Positions 38,201 to 50,200 of a stretch of DNA of 64,000 nucleotides are shown piece by piece. Source of the stretch: an uncultured bacterium (GTDB lineage Bacteria > Acidobacteriota > Thermoanaerobaculia > Multivoradales > JAHZIX01); contig CBDUPA010000019.1 of the NCBI GenBank assembly GCA_965368975.1, forward strand, positions 1 to 64,000, given 5' to 3'. Each line of letters starts with the position of its first letter. Within the stretch, counting starts at the first letter, position 1. Below the pieces are notes generated by a model, which saw only the letters and a list, made by a program, of their open reading frames with translations, searched no databases and had not been told where the DNA came from. The position numbers and the translations under genes are program-made.

Positions 38201-41200
38201 GCCCACCAGCTGGGGGTCGCATCCACCACCTCGACGCCGGCAGCTTCGAGCCAGGCAGCCCAGACCGCCGGATCGCGGCGGGCCTCGTCGCCCGCCAGGC
38301 ACAGCGTGTGACCGTGTGCCAGCTGGATCCACTGCTTGACCGAGGCATCGAAGACCGCCGACGCGGTCATGCCGACGCGCAGCGCTCGCGGAGTCGACGA
38401 GCTCTCGGAAAACAAAATCCGTGTAGGGGCAGGCCCATGTGCCTGCCCTCCCGGGTGGAAGGTGGCATTGCCGTACACTGCCGTCCGCAGGCTATCGAGC
38501 AGCGCGCTCAGTCCCCTGTGCGGGACGACGACGCCCTTCGGCGTGCCGGTGGAGCCCGAGGTGTACAGGATGTACGCCGCCTGTCGAGGATCGATCGCCG
38601 GTACCGTCGAGGCGGTGCCAATCGCGGGCAAGGCGGTCGAGGGCACGGTGCCAGTCGCGGGCAAGTCGTCGGTGGCAGCCAAGTCGCGCAGGTCGGCCCG
38701 GGTCAGAATGGGGACACCACCCGGCACCGCCGGCTGCCAGGCTTCGGCGGACGCGGCCAGCACGACGCGCGGCGCCACCTCGTCGAGCACCTGCTGTCGA
38801 CGTGCCGCCGGCCAGGCGTCGTCGAGTGGTACGAAGGCGGCGCCGCAGCGCAGCACGGCGAGCAGGGCGAGCGGCAGCTCGGGAGCGCGCCCCAGAGCCA
38901 GCGCGACGGTCGACTCTGGACCGGCGCCCAGCCGCTGCAGGTGCTGCGCCAGCAACGCCGTGCGTCGTTCCAGCTCGCGGAAGCTCAAGTGCCAGGCGGG
39001 AGTCACATCGCCGGCACCATCTCCGGCATCGTCGCCCAGGCCGCCACGACCCGCCACCACCGCGATGCGCTCCGGCGCCAGCGCCGCCTGCGCGTGCACG
39101 AGTTGCACGATCGAGATGAAGGCTGACGGCTGGGTCGGCTTCTGAACCGACACACCGTGACCACCCCACTCCACCAACACCTGCTGCCGCTCGGCGGGCG
39201 ACCACCACTCGACCTCCCAGAGATCGCGGTTCGGCGCCGCCAGCAGAGCCGCCAGCAGGCGCGGGAAGGCCAGGGTCAGGCGTTGGATGCTGGTCGCGTC
39301 GAACAGGTCGGCATCGTAGGCAACGCTACCGGCGATGCGGGCAGCGCCACCCGTTCCCGGCGGCGTCTCCTGCAACGACCAGCTGAGGTCGAAGCGCGAG
39401 CCGCCCGGCTGCAAAGGCAGCATCTGCCAGCGCACGTCGCCCAGCTGCAGCTCCGAGCGAGGGACGTTCTGCAGGCTGAGCAGGACCTGGAACAGCGGCG
39501 TGCGGCTGAGATCGCGCTCCGGCGCGACCGCCTCGACCAGCTGCTCGAAGGGCACTTCCTGGTGGGCGAACGCCTCCAGCGTGCGCGCGCGCTGCTCGGC
39601 CAGCAGATCCTCGAAGCTCGTGCCGGGTGGCAGCTGGCCCCGCAGCACCAGCGTGTTGACGAAAAGACCGATCAGACCTTCCAGCTCACCGCGCGTGCGA
39701 CCGGCGATCGTCGTTCCCACGGTGACGTCCGGCTGCTGCGCGAAGCGTGCCAGCAGCACCTGCAAGACCGACGACAGCACCATGAACGGCGTCAGTTCCG
39801 CCTCGCGGCACAAGCCGTAGAGCGCTTCGCAGGTGGCCTCGTCGACCGCCAGCGGCAGGCGTCCGCCCTGGTGACCACGCACCAGTGGTCGCGGTCGATC
39901 GGTCGGCAGACGCAGCGGCTCGACACCGTCCAGCCGCTGGCGCCAGACCTCGACCATGGACTCCAGCACCTCGCCTTGCAGGCGCTGGCGCTGCCAGACG
40001 GCGAAGTCCGCGTAGGCCACGGGCGGCGCCGGCAGGCGTCGTGGATTCGCCTCTCGGATACCCTGATAGAAGGCACTGAGCTCGCGCATGAGAATGCCCA
40101 TCGACCAGCCGTCACTGACGATGTGGTGCTGGGTCAGACTGGCGGCATGTTCCTCGTCGGCGTGGATCAGCAGCAACGCGCGCAGCAGGGGACCGCGCTC
40201 CAGGTCGAAGGGTCGCCGTGCCTCGCGGCTCAGCAGACCCGCGGCCAGCGACTCTCGCTCTTCGGCCGAAATCGCGCGCAGGTCGATCACCGGCCAGGTG
40301 ACGTCCGCGCGGGCGGCGATGACCTGGACCGGCACGCCGCCCTGCTCCTGGAAGGTGGTGCGCAGGCTCTCGTGGCGCGCCAGCAGGGCCGCCAGGGCGG
40401 CACGCAGGGCGCGGCGATCGAGCGGACCTTCGAAGCGCAAGGCGGCCGGCATGTTGTAGAGGTCGGTCGCTCCCTGCAGCTGCTCGAGGAACCACAGCCG
40501 TTGCTGCGCGAACGACAGCGGCGGTGCTTCGAGCGGCACACCGGCGGCGTCGCGCGGCAGTGGTTCGATCGGCTGCGGCGCAGACAACCCCTGTTGCTGG
40601 CGCCGGGCTTCTTCCAGCCAGGCGGCCAGGGCCACCACGCGCGGCTGCTCGAAGACGGCCAGCACCGGCACTTCGAGTTCGAACAGGTCGCCGAGGCGCG
40701 AGGTGAGCTGGGTCGCCAGCAGCGAATGGCCTCCCAACTCGAAGAAATGACTGGCGGCGCCAACCTGGTCGATGGCGAGCAACTCCGCGAACAGAGCCGC
40801 CACCAGCTGCTCGGTCGGCCCCTGCACTTCACGGCCGATCAGCTCAGCGGCCATGTCCTCCTGTGACTCGGTCAGCGACTCGGTGTCCTGCACCCCGGCG
40901 TCCAGCAACAAGCCGCGCAGCGCCTGGCGATCGACCTTCTCGTTGGCGGTAAGCGGCAGCCGCTCGAGCCGCTGGTAGCGCGCGGGCAGCATGTAGGCGG
41001 GCAGCCTCTCGGCCAGGAAACCGCGCAGCTCTTGCACCTCCAGCGCCGCCGCACCCCCGGCCACCACCCAGGCGACCAGCTGCTCCCGGTACACCAGCAC
41101 GGCGGCCTCGCGCACGTCCGGGTGGGCCGTCAGCGCGGCCTCGATCTCGCCCAATTCGATCCGGAAACCTCGCACCTTGACCTGGTGATCGATACGACCC

Positions 41201-44200
41201 AGGAAGTCGAGCTCACCGTCGACATGCCAGCGCACCAGATCGCCCGTCCGGTATAGGCGAGAACCTGTGTCCGCCGAGGCGCCCGCATCCGGCACGAAGG
41301 CCTCTGCCGTCAGGCTGGGACGATCCAGGTAGCCGCGCGCCAGCTGACCGCCGCCGAGCACCAGCTCACCGGCGACGCCGACCGGCTGCGGCTGCAGCCG
41401 CGCATCGACAACGCGGGCGTCGACCCCCGGCAAGGGACGGCCGATCGAGGGGGGCCGCTGCTGGCCGTCCGCCGATCCCGGAGCCTCCGGACGGACGCGG
41501 CTAGCACTGGCGACCACCGTGTTCTCGGTCGGCCCGTAGTGGTTCCACAAGGCAAACGGCACGCGCGCCCGCGGCCGGCGGCGCAGCCGGTCGCCGCCGG
41601 TCAGCACGTGACGCAGAGTCGGCGCCGCGGAGCCGGCGAGCGCCGCCCAGTCGAGGTCGAGCATCAGCTCCAGAATCGGCGTCGCCAGAAAACCGCTCTC
41701 GATGCGTTCGGCGATCAGCCAGGCGGCCAGGCGATCGGCGCGCGCCCGGTCGACGGCGTCCGGCAGGCAGACGCAGGCACCGTGGGCCAGACCTGACCAC
41801 AGCTCCCACACCGTCGCGTCGAAGGCCAGACCGGCGACCGCTGACGTCCGCTTCCCCGGCCCCGGCGCGTAGGCTGCCCGGTGCCAGGTCATCAAGTGCT
41901 GCAGGGTGCCATGCTGGACCGCCACACCCTTGGGACGGCCGGTGGAGCCGGAGGTATAAATGACGTAGGCGAGCTGCTCGGGGTGGACGGCCTTGAACTG
42001 AAGAGTCTCGAGCTGAAGAGTCTCGAGCTCGGCACCCGTGGCAGCCAGCGCGTACAGGCCTTCGAGCGTCTGCACACGCACCGCCGGTGGCAGCACCTCG
42101 GACCAGGACTCGGCGTCCTCGGCATCGACCACCACCAGCGACTCCGAAGCCTGCGCACCCGGTGCGGCCTGCTGAGAATCCTGCACCTGGAAGGCCAGCC
42201 GCGCGGCCGGTGTGTCCGGATCCAGCGGCACGTAGGCTGCACCGGCCAGCAGCACGGCCTGGACGGCAACCGCCAGCTCCGGCGAGCGCTGCATCAGCAC
42301 CGCGACGCGCTGTTCTGGAGCCACCCCGAGACGGCGTAAACCGGCCGCCGCCAGCGCTGCCCGCTGCTGCAAGACCCCATAGGTCAGGGCCTCGACCGTG
42401 CCGTCGGCTCGCCGTGCCGACACCGCCACGGCATCGGCCTGGCGCGTCGCCCAGGCAGCGACCTGCTGGTGCACCGGCAGCTGAGCCGCCTCGATCGCCG
42501 GCGGCGCACCGATGGTCGTGTTCCACTCGCACAGCAAGGCGTGACGCTCCGCCGCGCCGAGCAGACCGATCGTCGCCAGCGGCAGATCCGGTGCCGCCAC
42601 CGCGGCGCACAGCAGCTCGTCCAGGTGGTGCAGCAGACGGTCGATGGTCGTGCCGTCGAACAGCGCGCTGGCATAGTTGGCACCGGCGACCAGACCGTCC
42701 GGCGTCTCACCGACCACCAGCGTGAGATCGAACTTGGCCGCGCCGGTCGACGCCGGCAGCTCTTCCAGCTGCAGCCCGGAACCAGCGGCCGCGGCGACTC
42801 CGGAACCCGCGCCAGGCAACACGGCCGTGCCGGCACTCTGCAACGCGAAAACCACCTGGAACAGGGGGGTGTGGGCAGTGTCGCGCTGCGCCGCCAGCGC
42901 TTCGACCAGCTTGTCGAAAGGCACGTCCTGGTGCGCGAACGCTTCCAGGACGTCGTCACTCAGCGCCCGCAACCGCTGGCGCAGGCCGTCCTCGGGGTGA
43001 CGCCGGGCAGGCAAGGCCAGCGTGTTGACGAAGAAACCGATCAGCGGTTCGAGCTGGACGTGGCTGCGGCCGGCGACCGGCGTACCGATCGTCAGACGAC
43101 GGCGGCCGGCGTGGCGGCCCAGCAGTTCCTGGACGGCGGTCAGCAGCAGCAAGAAGAGGGTGGCACCTTCTGCCTGTGCCAGCTCTCCGACGGCCGTGGC
43201 ATCGACGCGCAAGGCACGCTGACGGTCCGCCCCCACCTGCGACTGCACCGCGCCGCGCGGACGGTCGGTCGGCAGATCCAGGGCCGGCGGTACGCCTTCG
43301 TCACCGCCCAGCAGCTGGCGCCAGAACTCGATCTCGGCTTGCAGCGTCTCGCCGTGCAGCCAGGAGCGCTGCCACAAGGCATAGTCGGCGTACTGGACCG
43401 GCAATTGAGCTGGTAAGGGTGCCAGCTCGCCCTCGGCCGCGTAGAGGGTCGTCAGCTCCTGTACCAGCACCTGCAGCGACCAGCCATCCCCGGCGATGTG
43501 GTGCAGGGTCAGCAGCAGCGCGTGTTGACGCTCGTCCAGGCGCAGCAGCCGCGCCCGCAGCACCGGGCCGCGCTGCAGATCGAACGGCTGGCGGGCCTCG
43601 GCCTGCGCCAGCTCGAGCGCCTGCGCTTCGGCCTGTGGCGCCGGCACGGTGGAGAGATCGACCAGCGGCAACGAGAAGTGCCGGTCCGCCGTCGCGATCA
43701 CCTGCACCGGCTGCCGGCCCGCGCCAACTTCAACTTCGCTGAAGGTCGTGCGCAGAACCTCGTGCCGGCGCACGATCCCGGCCAAGCTGCGCGCCAGCCG
43801 CGCCGGGTCCAAGTCGCCTCGCAGACGCACCGCCTGCGGCAGGTTGTAGGCGGCGCTGCCGGGCACCAGGCGATCGAGGAACCACAGACGTTGCTGGGCG
43901 AAAGACAAGGGCAGCCACGCGGGCCGCGCTTGCCGCGTCAGCGGTGGTGCCGCCAAGGCCGGTACTGGTACACCTGGTAACGGCGGCGCTGCGTCGGACG
44001 TCCGCTCGGCCCCCGCCTCGTCGACGCGCTGCGCCAGGGCCGCGACGGTCGGTGCCTGGAAGATGGCCCGCACCGGTAGCTCGACCTCGGCCCGTTCCCG
44101 GATGCGCGCCACCAACTGCGTCGCCAGCAGCGAGTGCCCCCCGAGCTCGAAGAAATTCTCGGTCGTGCCGACCTTCTCGATCCCCAACAACTCGGTCCAC

Positions 44201-47200
44201 AGCGCGGCCAGGAGCAGTTCCGTCGCCGTCGTCGGCGGCACGAACTCCTTGCGCTGGATCTGGCCGCGCGCCTCCTCGACCGAGGGTAAGGCGTCGCGGT
44301 TGACCTTGCCGTTGAGCGTCAGCGGCAGGCGGCGCAGGTGGACGAAAAGCTGCGGCACCGTGTCGCCGAGCAAGCGCTCGCCCAAGAACGCGTTGAGCTC
44401 GGCCGGCTCGACCGCCTTGCGGGCGGCATAGTACGCGACCAGCAGATCGTTGCCCTGTGCATCGTGGCGCAGCAGCACCGCGCTGCTCTTGACCTGCGGA
44501 TGCTCGTCGAGGGCACTCTGGATGCCTTCGAGCTCGACGCGGTAGCCGTGGAACTTGACCTGCGCGTCACGGCGGCCCAGGAACTCGATCCCGCCGCCGG
44601 GCAACCAGCGCGCCAGGTCGCCACTGAGGTACATCCGCTCGCCTCCCCCGGCGAAAGAGCCAGCCCTCTCGGCGGCGTCGGCCGCCTCAGACGATCCTGC
44701 GAGGAAGGGACAAGGCAAGAAACGCTCGGCGGTCAGGGCCGGCCGGCCGACGTAACCGCGAGCCAGGCCGCGGCCGGCGATGAACAGCTCGCCGGTGACG
44801 TTGTCAGCGACCGGCCTCAGGTCGCCGTCGGCACCGGCAGCGAGCAGGTAGATCCGGGTGTTGCCTGCCGGCAGGCCGATCGGCACCGTTGCGCGCAGAT
44901 CGCGCTCGGGGTCGAAGCGGTGGATCATGCAGCCGACGGTCGCCTCCGTGGGTCCGTATTCGTTGACCACCTCCAGGTCCTGGCGCCGGCCGGCGGCTTG
45001 CTGCAGGATGCCGCGCGCCAGCTCGGTGCTCAGCGCTTCGCCCCCCAGCACCAGGCGACGTAGACCGGCCCGCGCCAGGTCTCCTTCCTGCAGCAGGGCC
45101 AGGTGACTGGGGGTCAGCTTGAGCAGATCAGCGCGCCCATCGGCCAACACGTCGAGCACCACGGGCTCGTCTCCGCGCTGGCGATAGACGTGCACCGGTC
45201 GCCCCGCCAGCAGCGCTGGATAGAGGGCGGTCACCGTCAGGTCGAAGGACAGCGACGAGTAGAGCGCCGAGGTCAACTGCTGGCCGTCGAGATACGAGCG
45301 CTGGGCCCAGGCCACGTAGTTGGTCAGTGCACCGTGGTGCACTTCGACGCCCTTGGGTTTGCCGGTGGAACCCGAGGTGTAGATGATGTAGGCGCTGTCG
45401 AGCGACGACGGCAGACGCTGCCCCTGGACGCTCTGGTCGCCCTGGCCGCCCGCGTCGGCGCCAGCGCGTACTCGCTGCCACAGATCGCGGTCGTCGAGAT
45501 CGAGCAGCGGCGGCAAGTCCTCGGCCTCCAGGCGGGCCGCGAGCGTGCCGCGAGTGACCAGCAGCACGACGCCGGCGTCGGCCAGCATGTAGGCGGTCAG
45601 CCTCGGCGGATGTCCGGGATCGAGCGGTACGTAGGCGGCCGCCGCTTCGAGCACGGCCAGCAGGGCGATCACCGTCCGCGGCGAGTGGTCGAGATAGAGG
45701 CCGACCCGAGCGCCCGGTCCGACGCCCCGGGTGCGCAGCTTGGCGGCCAGGCCGCGCACCTGCCCCGCAACGGAACGCAGCGTCACGTGGCGACGGCCGG
45801 CAACCAGCGCGATGGCGTCGGGACTCTCGAGTGCGCACGCCTGCAGCTGAGCAGAAACGGTCGGAATGCCGGCATCGGACTCGAAGTACTCCTCGGTGGT
45901 GGCGTTGGGTTGCTCCAGCAGCTGCCGCATCTCGCTGTCGTCGAGCAAGGGCAAGCTGTCGATCGGCGTCTCGGGGGACCGTACGGCGGCTTCTAGCAGG
46001 CGCCGCAGGTGATGCAGCAGACGCTCGGCGGTGTGCGCGTCGAACAGGTCGCTGCTGTACTCCAGACTGCCGACTAACCCGACGTCCGCGTCCGAAACCT
46101 CCCCCATCGACAGGTTGAGATCGAACTTGGCACTACCGCCCGCCGTACCGGCCGGCTCGAGCGTCAGCTCTTCGAGCACCAGCTGTTCGTCCGGCGTGTT
46201 CTGCAACACGAACCACACCTGGAACAGCGGCATGTAGCTCAGGCTGCGCTCCGGCTGCAACTCCTCGACCAGCTTGTCGAACGCCAGATCCTGGTGCGCG
46301 TGACCTTCGAGCGCGACGTCGCGGACACGGCGCAGCAACTCCTCGAATGTCGGCTGCCCCCCGAGGTGGGTGCGCAGCACCAGCGTGTTGATGAAGAAAC
46401 CGATCAGGTTCTCGATCTCCAGCCGGTTGCGGCCGGCCACCGGCGTGCCGACGCACACGTCGCGCTGCCCGGCCCAGCGGCCGAGAACCAGCTGGAAGCC
46501 CGCGAGCAGAACCATGAACAGGGTCGCGCCGCCGCGGTGCCCGAGGCCGCGCAGCGCGTCGGCCGTATCCCGATCGAACACCAGCTCCGCGGTGCCACCT
46601 CGGAAGCTCGGGATCGGCGGCCGCGGCCGGTCAGTCGGTAGTTCTAGCAACGGCGGAGCCCCCGCCAGCTGGCGGCGCCAGTAGGCGAGTTGCCCCTCGA
46701 TCACTTCGCCTTCGAGCCAGCGTCGCTGCCACCAGGCGTAGTCGGCGTACTGCACCGGCAGGGCCGGCAAGCTCGGCTCGCCGCCCTGCACGCCGGCGCG
46801 GTAGAACTCGGCCAGCTCGCGCACCAGCAGACCACCGGACCAGCCGTCACTGACGATGTGGTGCTGGTTGAACACCGCCGTGTGATCGTCGGTGGCGCGG
46901 CGCAGCAGCAGCGCGCGCGACAGCGGTCCCTCGGCCAGACGGAAAGGACGCTGTACTTCGGCGGCGGTCAAGCGCTGTAACACCTCGGTCGCCCGATCCG
47001 TCTGCAGGCCGCTCACTTCCTCTGGATCGTTGACGTCCCGTAAACCGCTGAGATCGACCACCGGCAGCGGCACCGGGGCCGGCGCATGAATATGTTGCAG
47101 CGGTTTGCCGTCGCGGCTCGGGAAGACGGTGCGCAGCACCTCGTGACGAGCCACGATGCCGGTCAAGGCCGCGGCCAGCTTGCCAGCGTGCAGCGGACCG

Positions 47201-50200
47201 CGCAGGCGCACGGCGCTGGGGATGTTGTAGAACGGATTCTCGGGCTCCAGCTGGTCGAGGAACCACAGCCGCTGCTGGGCGAAGGAGAGCGGAATCTCCT
47301 CCTCGACACCGGCGTCTACCGTCACCGGTCGCGGCTCGATGTCCGGCAGGGACAGACCGCTCCCCTGCTGGCGCGCCTCCTCGACCACCGCGGCGAGCGC
47401 TGCCGGCGTCGCGGCTTCGAACACCTGGCGCAAGTCCAACTCGACGCTGAGCAAGCGACGGATCTGCGACACCAGGCGCGTGGCCAGTAGCGAGTGACCA
47501 CCGAGCTCGAAGAAGTCCGAGTCACCGGCGACCCGCTCGACGCCCAACAAGCGGCTGAACATGCCGGCCAGCAGTTCTTCCAGCTGGCTGCCCGCAGCCG
47601 TGGCAGCCACGCCGGCGCTGGAGGACTTCCCGCCATACAGCGGTGCCTGCGCCATGTCGGTCAAGGCCCGGCGGTCGACCTTGCCGTTGGGGGTCACGGG
47701 CAATGCCGGCAGCACCAGCACCGCCGACGGCACCATGTACTCGGGCAGTTGCTGACGCAGCGCCCGGCGCAGACGGCTCGGCAGGTCGCCATCGGCGAGG
47801 GCACCGGCATCGCGCGGCTCGACGAAGGCGGCCAACCGGGGCTCGCCGCCCTCGCCGCCGTCCACCACCATCGCGACCGCCGCCCGCACCTCGTCCCGCC
47901 GCTCCATCCAGGCCTCGATCTCGCCCAACTCGATCCGGAAGCCACGGATCTTGACCTGGTGGTCGAGGCGGCCGAGGTAGTCGAGGCGGCCATCGGCCAG
48001 GCGGCGCACCAGGTCACCCGTGCGGTAGAGGCGCCGGCCGGCCTCACCGCCCGACGTGCAGCCATCGGGCACAAAGCGCTCAGCGGTCAGGGCAGGACGG
48101 CCGAGGTAGCCACGGGCCAGCCCCTCGCCGCCGATCAGCAATTCACCGGGCACCTCGAGCGGCACCAGCGCGCCGCGACGGTCGAGCAGGTGGATCTGCG
48201 TCGCCGCCAGGGGTCGACCGATGTCGACCGTCGGGCCGGTGACCCGGCCGAGCGTCGACCAGACGGTGGTCTCGGTCGGTCCGTAGAGGTTCCACAGCGG
48301 CCCGGCCGTCTGCTGCAAGCGCACCGCCAGGGCCGGCGGCAAGGCCTCACCGGTGCTGAAGACACGCGGCCGCGGGCTTGCTGGTGGATGCAGGTCCGAC
48401 GCACCGTCCCAGGCACTCTCGAGCAGCAGACGCCAGGTGACCGGCGTCGCTTGTACCACGTCGGCAGCCGAGGTCTCCAGCCGGCGTCCGAGGCGGGCGC
48501 CATCGGCGGCGACGGCCGTGCTCACCAGGACGCAGCAAGCCCCGCTGACCAGCGGCAAGAACAGCTCGACGACCGCGATGTCGAAGGCCAGGGTGGTCAG
48601 CGCGGTCATGCGCTCCCCGGCCGCCAGACCCGGCAACTCGCGCACCGAGAGCAACAGGTTGGCCAGTGCCCCCTGCGGCACCGCCACGCCCTTCGGACGC
48701 CCCGTGGACCCGGAGGTGTAGAGAATGTAGGCCAGCTGACGCTCGTCGGGAACCTGGGCTGGCGGCACCTCGACGGCGGGTACGCCACTCTGAGAAGCAC
48801 TAGCCGACCGCTCCAACCAGCTCAGCGCCCCCAGACGCAGAATCGGCAGCGTCGCCGCCCGCTCGCCCAAAGCCTCCAGCACACCCGCGTCCAGGTCCGC
48901 TTCGGTGATCAGCGCGTCCAGGCCGGCATCCCGGGCGACGTACGCCAGGCGCTCGGCCGGATGGCTCGGGTCCAGCGGTACGTAGGCCGCGCCCGCCAGG
49001 TGCACGGCGAGCAACACCGCTGGCAGGTCGGCGCGGCGGCGCAGCAAGACGCCGCACAGGGCCTCGCCCTGGCGCGCTGGGCCGAGCGTTTCCCGCAGCT
49101 GCTGCTGCAACTCGAGTGTCCGCTGCCAGAGCCAGGCGTAGCTCAGGTGGATCGAACCGCTGCTGACAGCGATGGCCTGCGGTCGCGCCTGCACCTGGGC
49201 CGCCACCTGCAGCACCAAGGGAAGCTCGCCAGGGACCCGGGTCGCGAGCAGCGTGGGAGCCGGGCCTTGCTGCTCGTGGAGCAGCGCGTGCCGTTCGGCC
49301 GAGGACAGCAGGTCGAGCGAGCCGACGACCCGCTCACCGATCGACCGCTCCCCGGCCTCCCTGTCGCCCTCCTCGTGCACCGGCGCGACCATCGAGGTCA
49401 GAAGCTGCCCCAGGTGACCGAGCATGCGCTGCACGGAACTACCGTCGAAGCGACCGCGCTGGAAGGCCAGCTTCAGGTGCAGGCGAACACCGGGCGTCGC
49501 CACGACGGTCAAGGGATAGTTGGTCTGTTCCTGGAACTCCATGCCCGCGACGCCGAGGCGGGTGCCGGTTTGCCGTTGCAGCGTCTCGCGCACCGGGTAG
49601 TTCTCGAACGCCATGATGCTCTCGAACAGCTGCGCGCGCGGCGGCAGGTCGCTCCATCCCTGGACCTGCGCCAGTGGACTGTGCTCGTACTGGCGGGCTT
49701 CCGCCTGCCCCTCCTGCAGCTGGCGCAACCAGGGCACCAAGGAACGCTCGGGCGAGGCATCGACGCGCGCCGGCAGCGTGTTGAGAAACAGCCCCAGCAT
49801 GCCGTCGATGCCCTGCAGCGGGGCGGCACGGCCGGAGGTGACGGCACCGAAGACGACGTCCGGCTCGCCGCTGTAGCGCGCCAGCAGCAGGCCCCAGGCC
49901 GCCTGCACCAGGGTGTTGAGCGTGACGCCAGCCTGCCGTGCCAGCTGCTGCAGCTCACCGCTGACCGCCTCCGGCAGCAGCAGCTCGCGCGCGCCGGGAC
50001 CGACGTGCTCGCGATCCGCCGGGGCCTCGGAGGTGATCGCGCGGTCGACCACCAGCGGCGTCGGCGCCCGGAAACCCGCGAGGTAGCGACGCCAGAAGGC
50101 CTCCGCCTCGGCCAGGTCTTGCCCCTGCAACCAGCGGATGTAGTCGCCATAGGGCCGTACCGGTGGCAGCGGCGCCTCGTCGCCCCGCTGCAAGCCGCCG

